NCBI GenBank assembly: GCA_963704655.1
Contig: OY969927.1
Span: 1,152,001-1,216,000 of the forward strand
Direction: 5' to 3'
Source: an uncultured Candidatus Babeliaceae bacterium
GTDB taxonomy: Bacteria > Babelota > Babeliae > Babelales > Babelaceae
DNA length: 64,000 bases
This document shows positions 39,951-49,866 of the stretch, in pieces. The notes under the pieces are model-generated. The model was given only the letters and a program-made list of their open reading frames with translations. It ran no database searches and was not told the origin of the DNA. The first letter of the stretch is position 1. Every line of letters begins with the position of its first letter. Both the position numbers and the translations under genes were made by a program.

Positions 39951-41869
39951 GCGGCACTAATATTATTTAACTGTTCGCGGCACTTAAAAATCAAAAGGGA
40001 AATTGCTGCAGGCGTCATGCCCTGAATAAGAGCCGCTTGTGCAATGGTTGCCGGTTTTGTTTTTGCAAGTTTTTGCCGTAGTTCAATAGATAACCCAGAA
40101 ATGTCGCTGTAGTCAAGCATTTCTGGAATAATAAGCTCTTTATAATGCTGCATCTTTTCAATCTCACGCTGTTCACGGTGCAAATAGGGCCCATATAAAA
40201 GCTCAGCAAAAATCGACGCCCGTGCGCGTGATGTTAATGCCGCTATGGATTCGACTTCGCTCACCACGAGCGGCCCATTTAACCGTGCACCCTGAGTGTC
40301 CGACGAAGCTTTTAGCAAAGACGGATGTATCGAAGGGTCATATAATCGATCAATAGCTTCATATGCATATGCGCTATCGCCGGTGCCAAGTTTTTGAATA
40401 ATCGTAATATATTCTTTATGTGCTTTTATGCTGTCTGTAACTGCGATAACTGTGTTGTTTTCTGCTTCGATTGCATCATGCATCTCTTTTGATATCAAAT
40501 TAAGTGCATAGGCGCGCTTGTGAAAACGCTTAAAGACATTGTCCTGACGCAGCACAAGGCGACGTTCAGCGCGTGAAGTAAACATGCGATACGGTTCATC
40601 TGCGCCATGTGTGACAAGATCATCGATCATAATGCCGATATAACTTTCATTGCGGTCAAGTACAAATGGTTCTTGATTATGCGCTTTTAAATGCGCATTA
40701 ATGCCCGCAACAATACCTTGACCAGCAGCTTCTTCATAGCCCGTGGTGCCATTAATTTGGCCAGCTAAAAAGAGGCCAGGAACCTTTTTAAGTTCAAGTG
40801 TGTGATGTAACTCTTTTGGTGAAACATAATCATACTCAATAGCATACCCTGGACGTGCTATTTCAACATTTTCAAAACCTTTAATGGTGCGTAAAAATTC
40901 AAGCTGAACCGGTAATGGCAACGATGTTGAAAGGCCATTTGGATAGACTTCATCGCTGCTTGCGCTTTCTGGTTCAACAAAGATATGGTGCGCATCTTTA
41001 TGCGCAAAGCGTGAAATTTTGTCTTCGATAGACGGGCAATAACGTGGCGGTGTGCCCTTAATGTGCCCCGTATAAATAGGTGAATGGTGCCAATTTTTTC
41101 TGATGGCATCATGGGTGTTTTTATTAGTATATGTTACAAAACAGTCCATTTTATGGGTAACTTTATGGGGCGTAAACTCAAAAAGTGCATCAAGTTCGTC
41201 TGACCCTTGGCGCTCCATCTGCGAAAAATCAATACTAGAGCGTATTAATCTTGCAGGTGTTCCTGTTTTGAGCCTGCCCATCGTAAGATTTAAGCTTTTT
41301 AAAAATGCAGGTAAACCTACTGAAGCCTCTTCTGCCTGGCGGCCACCAGAGTAATTAACCTGGCCGGTATGAATTAAGCCATTTAAAAACGTCCCAGTTG
41401 TCAAAATAACCGCTTTTGAGGTGTAAGATGAGCCTTCACGAGTAACTATGCCTATAACCGATCCTTGTTCGTTTAAAAGGCATTTTTCCACCATGGCCAT
41501 ATAGATAGTTAGGTTCGGGGTAGCTTGTAAGTATTTTTGGCTTAATTTATTATATTCAACTTTATCGATCTGGAGCCTTAATCCCTGAACCGCTGGCCCT
41601 TTGCTGGTATTCAGCATTCTGGCCTGAAGATAGGTTTGGGTGCATAATTGTGGCATTAATCCGCCAAGAGCGCTGATCTCAAAGACAATGTGCCCTTTGC
41701 CTATTCCGCCAATGGCAGGATTACAGGGCATATGGCCTATTTTGTCTCTGTTTAGCGTTATAAGCAGGGTTTTTGAGCCCATTCTGGCGGCTGCATACGC
41801 AGCTTCGTTACCAGCATGCCCGGCACCAACGACAATAACGTCAAAATCGAAGTGTTGTGTGTTATTCAT
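39923..41869 (-). CDS. mnmG: tRNA uridine-5-carboxymethylaminomethyl modification enzyme MnmG (GidA)
   Basis: [55 protein letters not shown]. Confidence 0.98.
   Translation of the reverse strand: MNNTQHFDFDVIVVGAGHAGNEAAYAAARMGSKTLLITLNRDKIGHMPCNPAIGGIGKGHIVFEISALGGLMPQLCTQTYLQARMLNTSKGPAVQGLRLQIDKVEYNKLSQKYLQATPNLTIYMAMVEKCLLNEQGSVIGIVTREGSSYTSKAVILTTGTFLNGLIHTGQVNYSGGRQAEEASVGLPAFLKSLNLTMGRLKTGTPARLIRSSIDFSQMERQGSDELDALFEFTPHKVTHKMDCFVTYTNKNTHDAIRKNWHHSPIYTGHIKGTPPRYCPSIEDKISRFAHKDAHHIFVEPESASSDEVYPNGLSTSLPLPVQLEFLRTIKGFENVEIARPGYAIEYDYVSPKELHHTLELKKVPGLFLAGQINGTTGYEEAAGQGIVAGINAHLKAHNQEPFVLDRNESYIGIMIDDLVTHGADEPYRMFTSRAERRLVLRQDNVFKRFHKRAYALNLISKEMHDAIEAENNTVIAVTDSIKAHKEYITIIQKLGTGDSAYAYEAIDRLYDPSIHPSLLKASSDTQGARLNGPLVVSEVESIAALTSRARASIFAELLYGPYLHREQREIEKMQHYKELIIPEMLDYSDISGLSIELRQKLAKTKPATIAQAALIQGMTPAAISLLIFKCREQLNNISAAPSIHPSSR
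40245..40337. repeat. Inverted dimer of the palindromic repeat, in frame inside mnmG
   Basis: 93 nt (31 codons); encodes [31 protein letters not shown]. Confidence 0.9.
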
Positions 41870-41916
41870 ATTTTTATACTTGTATATTTTTTAGACGATA
41901 TGAGTTTTTTCACTTT

Positions 41917-41973
41917 CCGTGCACCCTGAGTGTTCTACGTAGCACAAAGTGCGTAGTAGAAAGTATCGAAGGG
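41917..41973 (+). repeat. Palindromic repeat unit in the mnmG leader
   Basis: CCGTGCACCCTGAGTG-[hairpin]-GTATCGAAGGG. Confidence 0.85.
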
Positions 41974-41991
41974 CAAATTGTTTTGGGCTCA

Positions 41992-42081
41992 TTGAATTTA
42001 ATAATTATAAAGTATAACATGAATTTTGTAAGAAATCTGCAAAGAAAAAGGGCGCCCAGTTGTCCTCAAGGCACCCTTTAT
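41992..42081 (-). repeat. Direct repeat (terminator plus promoter), copy 1
   Basis: About 90 nt, matches 43116-43203; contains TGTTATACT on the minus strand. Confidence 0.9.
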
Positions 42082-42102
42082 AAAAATTATAGGCTATTTT
42101 TT

Positions 42103-43104
42103 TTAATTTCTTACGTATTGTTTTTCATCAAATTCAGTATTGCCGATTTTGTAGCCTAAGCCTCCCATAATGGTAAGCCAATCGTAATTTTGATAGGAAT
42201 CATCATAACGCGTTGCATTAGAAAAATTAGTTTCAGGAGTGATTTTTGCATTTGTAAGGTCTGTGTTTACTAACCTTGCATTTTCAAAATTTGCACCAGT
42301 AAGATTTGTTTTGGAAAAATTTACGGTTGTAAGGTTAGAATCGCTGAGGTTGGCATAAGATAGGTCTGCACCCTCTAGGCTACAGATACCATAATCATTA
42401 CTAACCCCTCTTAAATCAGCATGTGAAAGATTAACATTTTTCATACTACAAGGATAAAGTTTGGTTAGTTTTGCGCCCACAAGTTGAGCTCCGTCAAATT
42501 TTGCATTTGCAAGCTCTGCGTAGCTAAGGTCTGCGCATGATAGGTTTGCGTTGGTGAAATCTGCAGAGATAAGGTATGCCCCTTTAAAGTTTACAGAAGT
42601 TAAGTTCGCCTTTTTAAAAATTACGCCACAGAGGCTTGCTTTGCTAAAATTTGCCTGTCTAAGATCAACGTTGCTAAGATCTGCTACCATATTGAATGCG
42701 ACACTGTTTGTTGTCCTATCTAAGTACAGTTCTTCTTTTTCAGTTAGAGGATTAATGATTCTTACTATACGGTTATCATTCCAAAGTATAGGCGCATCAA
42801 TTTTATGCAGTATTCTGTTTTGAACATTACTTAAATCGATATTTTTAAGATTTTTTTGACCACTTTTTACGATATCAGTGTTATAGTTCAAAATAAATTT
42901 TTGATGGTTAATGAGTTGTTCTTCTGATTTTTGATCATACCCTGAATCTTTCCACGCCTTCCTATCTTTCTCCCATTGGGGTTTTGTTTCTTCTTCTGTA
43001 TAAGCGACTTTATATCCTAGCGCTCTCCAGGCATCATTGAGTGAAAATGCATTTAGGTATGCTGTTGTCAGGCATAATAATAGTAAAAAATAACGTAATT
43101 TCAT
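42103..43104 (-). CDS. Secreted pentapeptide repeat protein
   Basis: Many A(D/N)L/F-xx repeats; signal peptide. Confidence 0.92.
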   Translation of the reverse strand: MKLRYFLLLLCLTTAYLNAFSLNDAWRALGYKVAYTEEETKPQWEKDRKAWKDSGYDQKSEEQLINHQKFILNYNTDIVKSGQKNLKNIDLSNVQNRILHKIDAPILWNDNRIVRIINPLTEKEELYLDRTTNSVAFNMVADLSNVDLRQANFSKASLCGVIFKKANLTSVNFKGAYLISADFTNANLSCADLSYAELANAKFDGAQLVGAKLTKLYPCSMKNVNLSHADLRGVSNDYGICSLEGADLSYANLSDSNLTTVNFSKTNLTGANFENARLVNTDLTNAKITPETNFSNATRYDDSYQNYDWLTIMGGLGYKIGNTEFDEKQYVRN

Positions 43105-43115
43105 AATATTTTTCC

Positions 43116-43203
43116 TTGAATTTAATAATTATAAAGTATAACATGAATTTTTTAAGAAATCTGCAAAGAAAAAGGGCGCTGAGTTATCCTCGGTGCCCTT
43201 TAT
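43116..43203 (-). repeat. Direct repeat (terminator plus promoter), copy 2
   Basis: Matches 41992-42081. Confidence 0.9.
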
Positions 43204-43227
43204 TAATGTAATTATCTATTAAATAAA

Positions 43228-43734
43228 TTAAATTTTTTCGTTTATTCTTTTTACAAATTCATCAAATTCTAAAACGGTTTGACAGATTACGCCATTAAAG
43301 CGGCCACAATTATCTTTTATCCAGCATTTTGTATTTGGATCCATAGACATTGGTATATCTGCCTGTGCTGCTGTAGCTCCTCTCAAAAGGGGCGATAGAA
43401 GAGAAAAGTATAGATAATGGGTAGTAAATAGTGCGGAGAAATCAGTTTGAATGATAATCTGTTTGTCTTTATCTCCACGCTGTACCGTAAAACGAACTTG
43501 TTCGCCAAGTGGTGTGCGCAGGGTTGCCTTCTCTTGGCCGTTGAAGCCTTGAGCAGTGGTTCGTTCTTTCCAGCCTGCAGATGAGTACATATAACCAAAA
43601 AATGACGCATCGACACTTTTCTTGAGATTTTTCATCACAAAATCAGTAACTGCATAATCTTTATGATTAACTGAAAATAGATTACTTTCAGAAAAGGATA
43701 TAAGGGTTAAAAAGAGGGTTATGCTCTTTGCCAT
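43228..43734 (-). CDS. Secreted hypothetical protein
   Basis: RBS GGAG; signal peptide. Confidence 0.7.
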   Translation of the reverse strand: MAKSITLFLTLISFSESNLFSVNHKDYAVTDFVMKNLKKSVDASFFGYMYSSAGWKERTTAQGFNGQEKATLRTPLGEQVRFTVQRGDKDKQIIIQTDFSALFTTHYLYFSLLSPLLRGATAAQADIPMSMDPNTKCWIKDNCGRFNGVICQTVLEFDEFVKRINEKI

Positions 43735-43801
43735 AGTTAATATCTCCATCAACACCCTTTATCATTATTTATCATTGATTAGTTTGCTATAAATCAAAAT
43801 A

Positions 43802-44179
43802 TTAAGAAATTCTTGCTATAAACCAGCCCCAAAAATTGGCCCAATTATTTTCTGAAGATGCCCAATCAGTTTTATTAAATTCAAAAATATCATTACTAAT
43901 ATGATGTTGCATTGCTTTTGAAGCACTGATTTGCATCAAAAATAGTAAAAACCATGGGAAGTTATCATACTTTTTTATAATTTCATAGCCGATTGCATGA
44001 ATTGCTACAGAAGAGCCTAATTGTGCAATATACCCTGCCCATTGGTACTTTTGTGAGTGTGGGACTTCAACTTTTGGTTCTTCTTGAGCTTCGACTGTCT
44101 TTACTGTGAATACTATTTGATTATATGCATAGGTATTTAAACTCAAGAGAGCAGCGATAGTTAACATAATTTTTTTCAT
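43802..44179 (-). CDS. Secreted/membrane hypothetical protein
   Basis: MKK signal peptide. Confidence 0.7.
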   Translation of the reverse strand: MKKIMLTIAALLSLNTYAYNQIVFTVKTVEAQEEPKVEVPHSQKYQWAGYIAQLGSSVAIHAIGYEIIKKYDNFPWFLLFLMQISASKAMQHHISNDIFEFNKTDWASSENNWANFWGWFIARIS

Positions 44180-44216
44180 AAATTCCCTTTATAATATTTT
44201 ATTTATTACTATTATA

Positions 44217-44244
44217 ATTATACGATATTGGGCGATTTTGTCAA
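44217..44244 (-). promoter_or_regulatory. Sigma70 promoter, duplicated at 44942-44969
   Basis: TTGACA-16 nt-TATAAT on the minus strand. Confidence 0.75.
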
Positions 44245-44338
44245 TCAGGACTATTAAAGATGCGTGCAGATGGGCATTTTGGGAAAAAAACAGCAAAAAA
44301 GCGCCGTGGGGTTTAAGCCACGGCACGCTAAGTTTATT

Positions 44339-44899
44339 TTAAGAATTCAAGTATTCTTTAATCAGTTTTGTTGCCATTGGCAGATCAGTTTTATCGCTGA
44401 TTGCAAAACCGCCTAAACCTGCAAAACCAACTGTGTGATTAAGCAATCCGATTACAGCAATTATCTGAGTGAGGTAAAGGGTGCTCTGATAAGTTTCTAA
44501 AAGTTTAAATGTTAAAAGACTTCCTGCGATGCCGAAAATTGGACCAGAAAGAGCAATCGCTGCCATCTGTAAACGGTGATCAAATAAATTCTTATCATCA
44601 AAAGTGCATTGTATCCAACTATAACCTGTAGCAGGGTTAAAGCCTCCAAGCTTTAAACCACCCAACTGGGCGTAAACTTCAGACGATGCTGAGTTGCGTC
44701 CCACGGTAATATCAATTGGGCAATCATAGAGTAATTTAGCTGTAATGGCATGCCCGAATTCATGGAATGTTGTTAGCGCCATGCCAAGAAGATAAGCACC
44801 TGTAATATCTTTAGCGATATTCGTTGGAGTAAAATAAGATTTCGCGGGTAATGATAATAATAATGTGCTTACTATTAATAAAATCTTTTTCATATTCAT
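44339..44899 (-). CDS. M50 / site-2-protease-like membrane metallopeptidase
   Basis: FHEFGH within a TM segment, IALSGP. Confidence 0.75.
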   Translation of the reverse strand: MNMKKILLIVSTLLLSLPAKSYFTPTNIAKDITGAYLLGMALTTFHEFGHAITAKLLYDCPIDITVGRNSASSEVYAQLGGLKLGGFNPATGYSWIQCTFDDKNLFDHRLQMAAIALSGPIFGIAGSLLTFKLLETYQSTLYLTQIIAVIGLLNHTVGFAGLGGFAISDKTDLPMATKLIKEYLNS

Positions 44900-44941
44900 A
44901 TAGGGTATCCCCTCTTAAGTCTACTATTTATTACTATTATA

Positions 44942-44969
44942 ATTATATATTATAGGGCGATTTTGTCAA
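44942..44969 (-). promoter_or_regulatory. Sigma70 promoter, duplicate of 44217-44244
   Basis: TTGACA-16 nt-TATAAT on the minus strand. Confidence 0.75.
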
Positions 44970-45071
44970 TTGGGCCCATTAAAAATGCGTGCAGATGGCC
45001 GTTTTGCAAAAAAATCGCCGTGGGTTTAAGCCACGGCGCGGTATTGTAATCTATAGCTTTAATCAAAAATT

Positions 45072-45602
45072 TTAATTTAATAAAGCTGTTGCTCGTGCAA
45101 AGAACTTTTCTTTCAAAAGTGTATCCGAGTCATTGCTGAGTAACTCATTACCTATGGTTAAGCACCAATTGCATTCATTAATTTCCTTTTGAATATTCTG
45201 GTCGACATCGCTAAAATTGAGTAGTGAGTCTGCTAATGCTACAGTCAGACCTGCAAAAGCGGCAAAAGCGAAACTTGGAATACTGAATAAACTAATCTTG
45301 TCTGAAAGGTCTGATGCAAATACTATACCTTCCGCAAATAGATTTTTCTCTGATTTAACAGCAATCCATTGAATGAGTAATAGCTGTGTTAATAAACTCA
45401 CATTCCATCCCCTGATGAGTGGTCTTTTAACATTACCAATTTCTATCTCTTTAATTTTTTTTGTGAGAGTTTTTTGTTTTTCTGATATCTTGCCGACTAA
45501 TGTAGATATCTCATCTTGTTGGTTCTGGTCAGCTTTTAAAGATGGCTGAAAGTATAATGTAACCAAACTAAGTATTAATAGAGCTTTTAAAATTTGTTTC
45601 AT
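45072..45602 (-). CDS. Membrane hypothetical protein
   Basis: Signal peptide plus TM segments. Confidence 0.7.
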   Translation of the reverse strand: MKQILKALLILSLVTLYFQPSLKADQNQQDEISTLVGKISEKQKTLTKKIKEIEIGNVKRPLIRGWNVSLLTQLLLIQWIAVKSEKNLFAEGIVFASDLSDKISLFSIPSFAFAAFAGLTVALADSLLNFSDVDQNIQKEINECNWCLTIGNELLSNDSDTLLKEKFFARATALLN

Positions 45603-45619
45603 AATTTCCTTAAATTTTT

Positions 45620-46189
45620 TTATTTTGTAGACATGGACTTTGCAAGAAATCGAGCCAATAACCTGCAGGGTGTCGAGTCAATCGCTACTGCGCGTTGACC
45701 TGCTACATCCACTGGGCGGTAATTTTTTTGATTTGTATCAGCACCCTGTACAACAAGTGCCTCTGCTTTTTGTAATAACTCTTCCTGCTTGCCTTCATAA
45801 GCAAAGCATTGTGCTGCTAAATGCTGTAACGGTGAAAAGTTATAATCATCTGTTTTATTTGGATTAATGCCCGCTTCTAATAAAATCTTCATAACCCCAG
45901 GCTCAACTTGATAGTCTGTAGCAGCGTGTAGAAAGGTGCGGCCAGCGCCATAAGTTGCATGAGCATCTGCGCCCTTTTGAAGTAATGCTTCAGCAAGCGC
46001 TGAGGTTTTTACATACTTAAGTGGTTTTCTAGAATTGGCCGGTTTATTTGGGTCAATCTGACCATTTTTAATAGCATCAGCAAGTTTTTGTTCTTCTTCT
46101 TTTGTGTGAGATCCCCACCGAATTTCCTCTTTACGTGCAGATATATTTAAGGAAATAACTAATGAAAGAATTAGTAACTTTAATTTCAT
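45620..46189 (-). CDS. Secreted ankyrin repeat protein
   Basis: LLQKGAD, GRTFLHAA, LLEAGINPNKTD, SPLQHLA. Confidence 0.88.
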   Translation of the reverse strand: MKLKLLILSLVISLNISARKEEIRWGSHTKEEEQKLADAIKNGQIDPNKPANSRKPLKYVKTSALAEALLQKGADAHATYGAGRTFLHAATDYQVEPGVMKILLEAGINPNKTDDYNFSPLQHLAAQCFAYEGKQEELLQKAEALVVQGADTNQKNYRPVDVAGQRAVAIDSTPCRLLARFLAKSMSTK

Positions 46190-46228
46190 AATTAGCCTTT
46201 TGATTATTAATTGACTTTTTCTGTTCTT

Positions 46229-47260
46229 TTAAACTTGTCTTTTCATAATATTTTCAACTGAACAGGCAATAACATCGGCGCTTTGTTGCGTATAGCCGCC
46301 AGAAAGAACCATCATCACGGGGATTTTATTATCAATTGCAGATTTAATAACCATTTCATCGCGTTGTATAACGCCAGCTTTAGTTACACTCATGCAACCA
46401 AGTTGATCACCCTCAAGGATATCTGTGCCGGCATTATAGATGATAAGATCTGGCTTATGGGTCTCTATCGCGGCTTTAAGCGGTTGTTTTATGAGCTCAA
46501 GGTACTGTGTATCGTCAGTATACCATTCAAGTTCAATTGGATATTGTACATGTTGAGTTGCTGCACCATCGTGGACGCGCGGGTAGTTATATTTACCGAA
46601 AGCATCGACTATACATATTCTTTTATCATCACCAAAAATGGTAGATACGCCATTACCCTGGTGAGCATCTAAATCAACTATTAATACTTTTAAATCTGGG
46701 TTTTCTTGCCAAAGCTTATTGACCGCTAACGGGATATCGGCAAAAAAGCAAAAACCTTCACTGATGTTTGCTTTAGCATGGTGATAGCCGCCTGAAAGGT
46801 TAATGGCAACGCCATGTTTCATAGCAAGTTTTGCAGCGAGTATTGTGCCGCCTGTAGCATGTCGCATTGGCTTTAGTAGCTTAGTTTGCAACAGAAAATT
46901 AGGCATATATGCCAATAATGGTACGCCAACTGTATGTGCTATAACTTTTGAATTTTTTAAACTATTTAAATAATCTTGCGTATGAATGCATAACAAGTCT
47001 TGATCGGTTGCTGGTTTTGCCTCATGACACGTGCTATCCTGCAAAAGTGCTTTGTTTTTAAGATGATTAAATACTTTGCTGTATTTATGCGAATCAAAAT
47101 GGTGTAAGTATTTTTCTATGCCAAAGAATGAAATATCATATTTATCGCTATAGACAATATGCGTTTGTTTAAAATCAGGCGAATATTGGGCATGCGAGAA
47201 TGCAATGCTTGCAATTTGAATTATCGTTATAAACAATGAGTATAGTAAATTATATTTCAT
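46229..47260 (-). CDS. Histone deacetylase family protein (class IV, HDAC11-like) with signal peptide
   Basis: GGYHHA, GFC, DLDAHQGNG, YNAGTDILEGD.LG, SGGY; hydrophobic N-terminus ending SHA. Confidence 0.93.
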   Translation of the reverse strand: MKYNLLYSLFITIIQIASIAFSHAQYSPDFKQTHIVYSDKYDISFFGIEKYLHHFDSHKYSKVFNHLKNKALLQDSTCHEAKPATDQDLLCIHTQDYLNSLKNSKVIAHTVGVPLLAYMPNFLLQTKLLKPMRHATGGTILAAKLAMKHGVAINLSGGYHHAKANISEGFCFFADIPLAVNKLWQENPDLKVLIVDLDAHQGNGVSTIFGDDKRICIVDAFGKYNYPRVHDGAATQHVQYPIELEWYTDDTQYLELIKQPLKAAIETHKPDLIIYNAGTDILEGDQLGCMSVTKAGVIQRDEMVIKSAIDNKIPVMMVLSGGYTQQSADVIACSVENIMKRQV

Positions 47261-47353
47261 GGTTTTCTCCTAATAAAACGCCACGGCTTTTTATGACCAT
47301 GGCGCGTATAACCTATCCATTTCCCCGTCTTTTATAGACCGGTGAGAATTTAT

Positions 47354-47830
47354 TTATAATCTTGCAGCTTTGTTGATACGAGCCAACAGAACACCTTTGT
47401 CGAGGACTTTAGGTTTTGTAGCTTTTCCTTCTTCTTTAGCGAATAGGTCTTCAAGAGACCCTTGATACTTTGCTATAAGGTTTAAAAGCAGGTAAAAACT
47501 ACATTTGTTTTTACATAAGTCTTTTAATTCTTTAGCAAGCGATTGTAAAATTTTATGTTGTGATTTTTCAAGGTGCGGAACCGCTTTACATGCCAAAGAT
47601 GTAAATGATTCTGTTACTTCATAATCTGGGTCAGTAAACAATGGCGCAAAAATCGCTGCAGCATGTTCTTCAGGAGTTTTAACGGTAGTTATCGTTACGT
47701 CCACTTCAATTACTTCTATCGCTTCAGTAGTATGGCTATGTTTTGCCAAGACAGTTGATGTACTTACAAAGGTAAGAAGGGCTGCTAGGCCAAAGAGTGA
47801 TAATTTATTAGCTTTTTGTGTTCTTTTCAT
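47354..47830 (-). CDS. Secreted hypothetical protein
   Basis: Signal peptide ending VLA. Confidence 0.7.
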   Translation of the reverse strand: MKRTQKANKLSLFGLAALLTFVSTSTVLAKHSHTTEAIEVIEVDVTITTVKTPEEHAAAIFAPLFTDPDYEVTESFTSLACKAVPHLEKSQHKILQSLAKELKDLCKNKCSFYLLLNLIAKYQGSLEDLFAKEEGKATKPKVLDKGVLLARINKAARL

Positions 47831-48075
47831 AAGGTATTTTCCTTTCAAGGTGAAGTTTAAGTTATGAATTACTTTCACTTAAGCGTATAGTTTAAGTATA
47901 GACCACCAGGCTTAACCGTCAAAGGGGGGTGTTTTTTCCGCTCCAGATCGATATATCGCTAAAAATAGGGGCGCCTTGGGCATAAATTTGCCCAATAGGT
48001 TCACAGACCGGCAAAAAAAGGGTATATTGTGGAGAAACTTAATAAAAATCTATCATCAAAACCACGAGTTTAAGC

Positions 48076-49278
48076 ATGTTTTTTAGTTCCCGCTTTATTT
48101 ATATAGCATTATTTTTCATTCTTGCCCTCATTGGCTATCAAGGGTACCGCTACTTTGGCACCCATACCCCCCCCACTATAGAGATATCTGATATGCAAGA
48201 TGGTGGTTACTACGCCGGAGACAAGGAGTGTCTATTAACTGTGCGGGGTGATTATCCCATAAAAACCGTTTCCATGTGGGTTGATGACAAGCCCCTTGTA
48301 AACCGTTTTAAGGTAAACAGTAAGCTTTTTGAGCGTGTTATGCCTATTCTTTCAAAAGTGATAACAAATGGTAAGCATACCCTTAAAATTGAAGCGCAAG
48401 ATGGCTCTTATAACCAAAATACAACGGTTAAAGAGATAGGTTTCACCGTGGATAATAGCCCATTACAGGCTGCATTTGTTAAGGCTGATGCTGAATTTAA
48501 GGTATTTCAGGGCAGAACGCTCCATGTGCAATTTCAGGTAAATAAACCTATAAAATCGGCTATGGTGAAAGTTTTATCACATAGTTATCCATGCGTAGTA
48601 GAAATGCCTAAATCGAACATCTATGAGTGTTTTGTGCCTATTAGCGCTGAAGAAGTTCCTAATGAATATCTTTTTGCTATAGAGATAGAAGATCTTGTGG
48701 GTAACAGCGTAACCCTTGATAATAAATTTCATGTGGTGATGTATCCATTTAAAAAGCAGCAGCTGTCTGTACAAAAAGAAAAAGTGCAAAAAGAGGCCGA
48801 GCTGGGGCTGCCTGCAGATATGTTAGAATCAGCTTTAAAAACAATTGCTCAAGCATCACCTACTGAAAAACTTTGGCACGGTGTCTTTTATGTGCCCTGT
48901 GACATGACCGGTGTTTCAACTGAATTTGGCACTATTAGAACAACTCAAGACAGAGGCAAATATCCGCATAATGCAATTGACTTGCTTGCGCGCCCTAAAA
49001 GCGTTGTTTGGGCCTGCCAAGATGGTGTAGTGGTTCTTAAGGAGCGTTATGCTCATAGCGGTTTAACCGTTGGTATCGACCATGGTTGTGGTGTAGTTAC
49101 TCTGTATTATCACTTAGAGACCTATGGCAATGTTGAAGTCGGGCAGAAGATTAAAAAGGGCACTCCGGTTGGAACATTAGGCATGACCGGGTATGCTAGT
49201 GGCTATCACTTGCATTGGGAGATGAGAATATATGATATTCAAGTTGACCCTATGCAGTGGACGAAACATGATTTTTAA
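48076..49278 (+). CDS. M23 family metallopeptidase
   Basis: HNAID, YYHL, GYHLHWE; N-terminal TM. Confidence 0.92.
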   Translation: MFFSSRFIYIALFFILALIGYQGYRYFGTHTPPTIEISDMQDGGYYAGDKECLLTVRGDYPIKTVSMWVDDKPLVNRFKVNSKLFERVMPILSKVITNGKHTLKIEAQDGSYNQNTTVKEIGFTVDNSPLQAAFVKADAEFKVFQGRTLHVQFQVNKPIKSAMVKVLSHSYPCVVEMPKSNIYECFVPISAEEVPNEYLFAIEIEDLVGNSVTLDNKFHVVMYPFKKQQLSVQKEKVQKEAELGLPADMLESALKTIAQASPTEKLWHGVFYVPCDMTGVSTEFGTIRTTQDRGKYPHNAIDLLARPKSVVWACQDGVVVLKERYAHSGLTVGIDHGCGVVTLYYHLETYGNVEVGQKIKKGTPVGTLGMTGYASGYHLHWEMRIYDIQVDPMQWTKHDF

Positions 49279-49777
49279 AAACGTAGAAATATATTTTTTA
49301 TATGCCCCGTCAAAAGTTCGATGGGGCCTTACTTTTACACTTTTATTACTGATATTTTCTTGCTGGTGGTATTTTGCATTTGCCCCATTGCGCGGCAAAC
49401 TAAAAATATCTGAGAATAAATTTGAAAATGCCTGCCAGGCAACTCAGGAAGTCGACCAGCAAGCTTTAATTGATTCTATTAATACTAAGGCTCTCCAACA
49501 AAGAATCGCATTTGTAGGCGATTATAACCACTTTCTTAAAGATCTTTTAGCAGGCGGCCTTGAAACAACCGCTGTGACCATTGAAAAAACAGATAAAATC
49601 GATGGTTTCGCGGCAACTTCTATCAAAATTGCCTTTACGGGCCCATTTGAGAAATTTTATACATTTCTTTCTGGGCATCAAAAAAACTATCTCTGTTTAT
49701 GGAACAGCTGCATGTGCACTCAATCAACCAAAGACATTCTATTTGTAAATGCAGATATTACTATATATTCTAAGTAA
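49268..49777 (+). CDS. PilO/GspM-like bitopic membrane protein
   Basis: One TM, coiled coil, then IKIAFTGPFEKFYTFL. Confidence 0.45.
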   Translation: MIFKNVEIYFLYAPSKVRWGLTFTLLLLIFSCWWYFAFAPLRGKLKISENKFENACQATQEVDQQALIDSINTKALQQRIAFVGDYNHFLKDLLAGGLETTAVTIEKTDKIDGFAATSIKIAFTGPFEKFYTFLSGHQKNYLCLWNSCMCTQSTKDILFVNADITIYSK

Positions 49778-49866
49778 TAATTCCCAAAACCATTGCTTTT
49801 TGCTTTATCTTTTTATTAATATTAATTATAGAGATAATATTAATTAAAATAAAAGGAAGAATTGTT

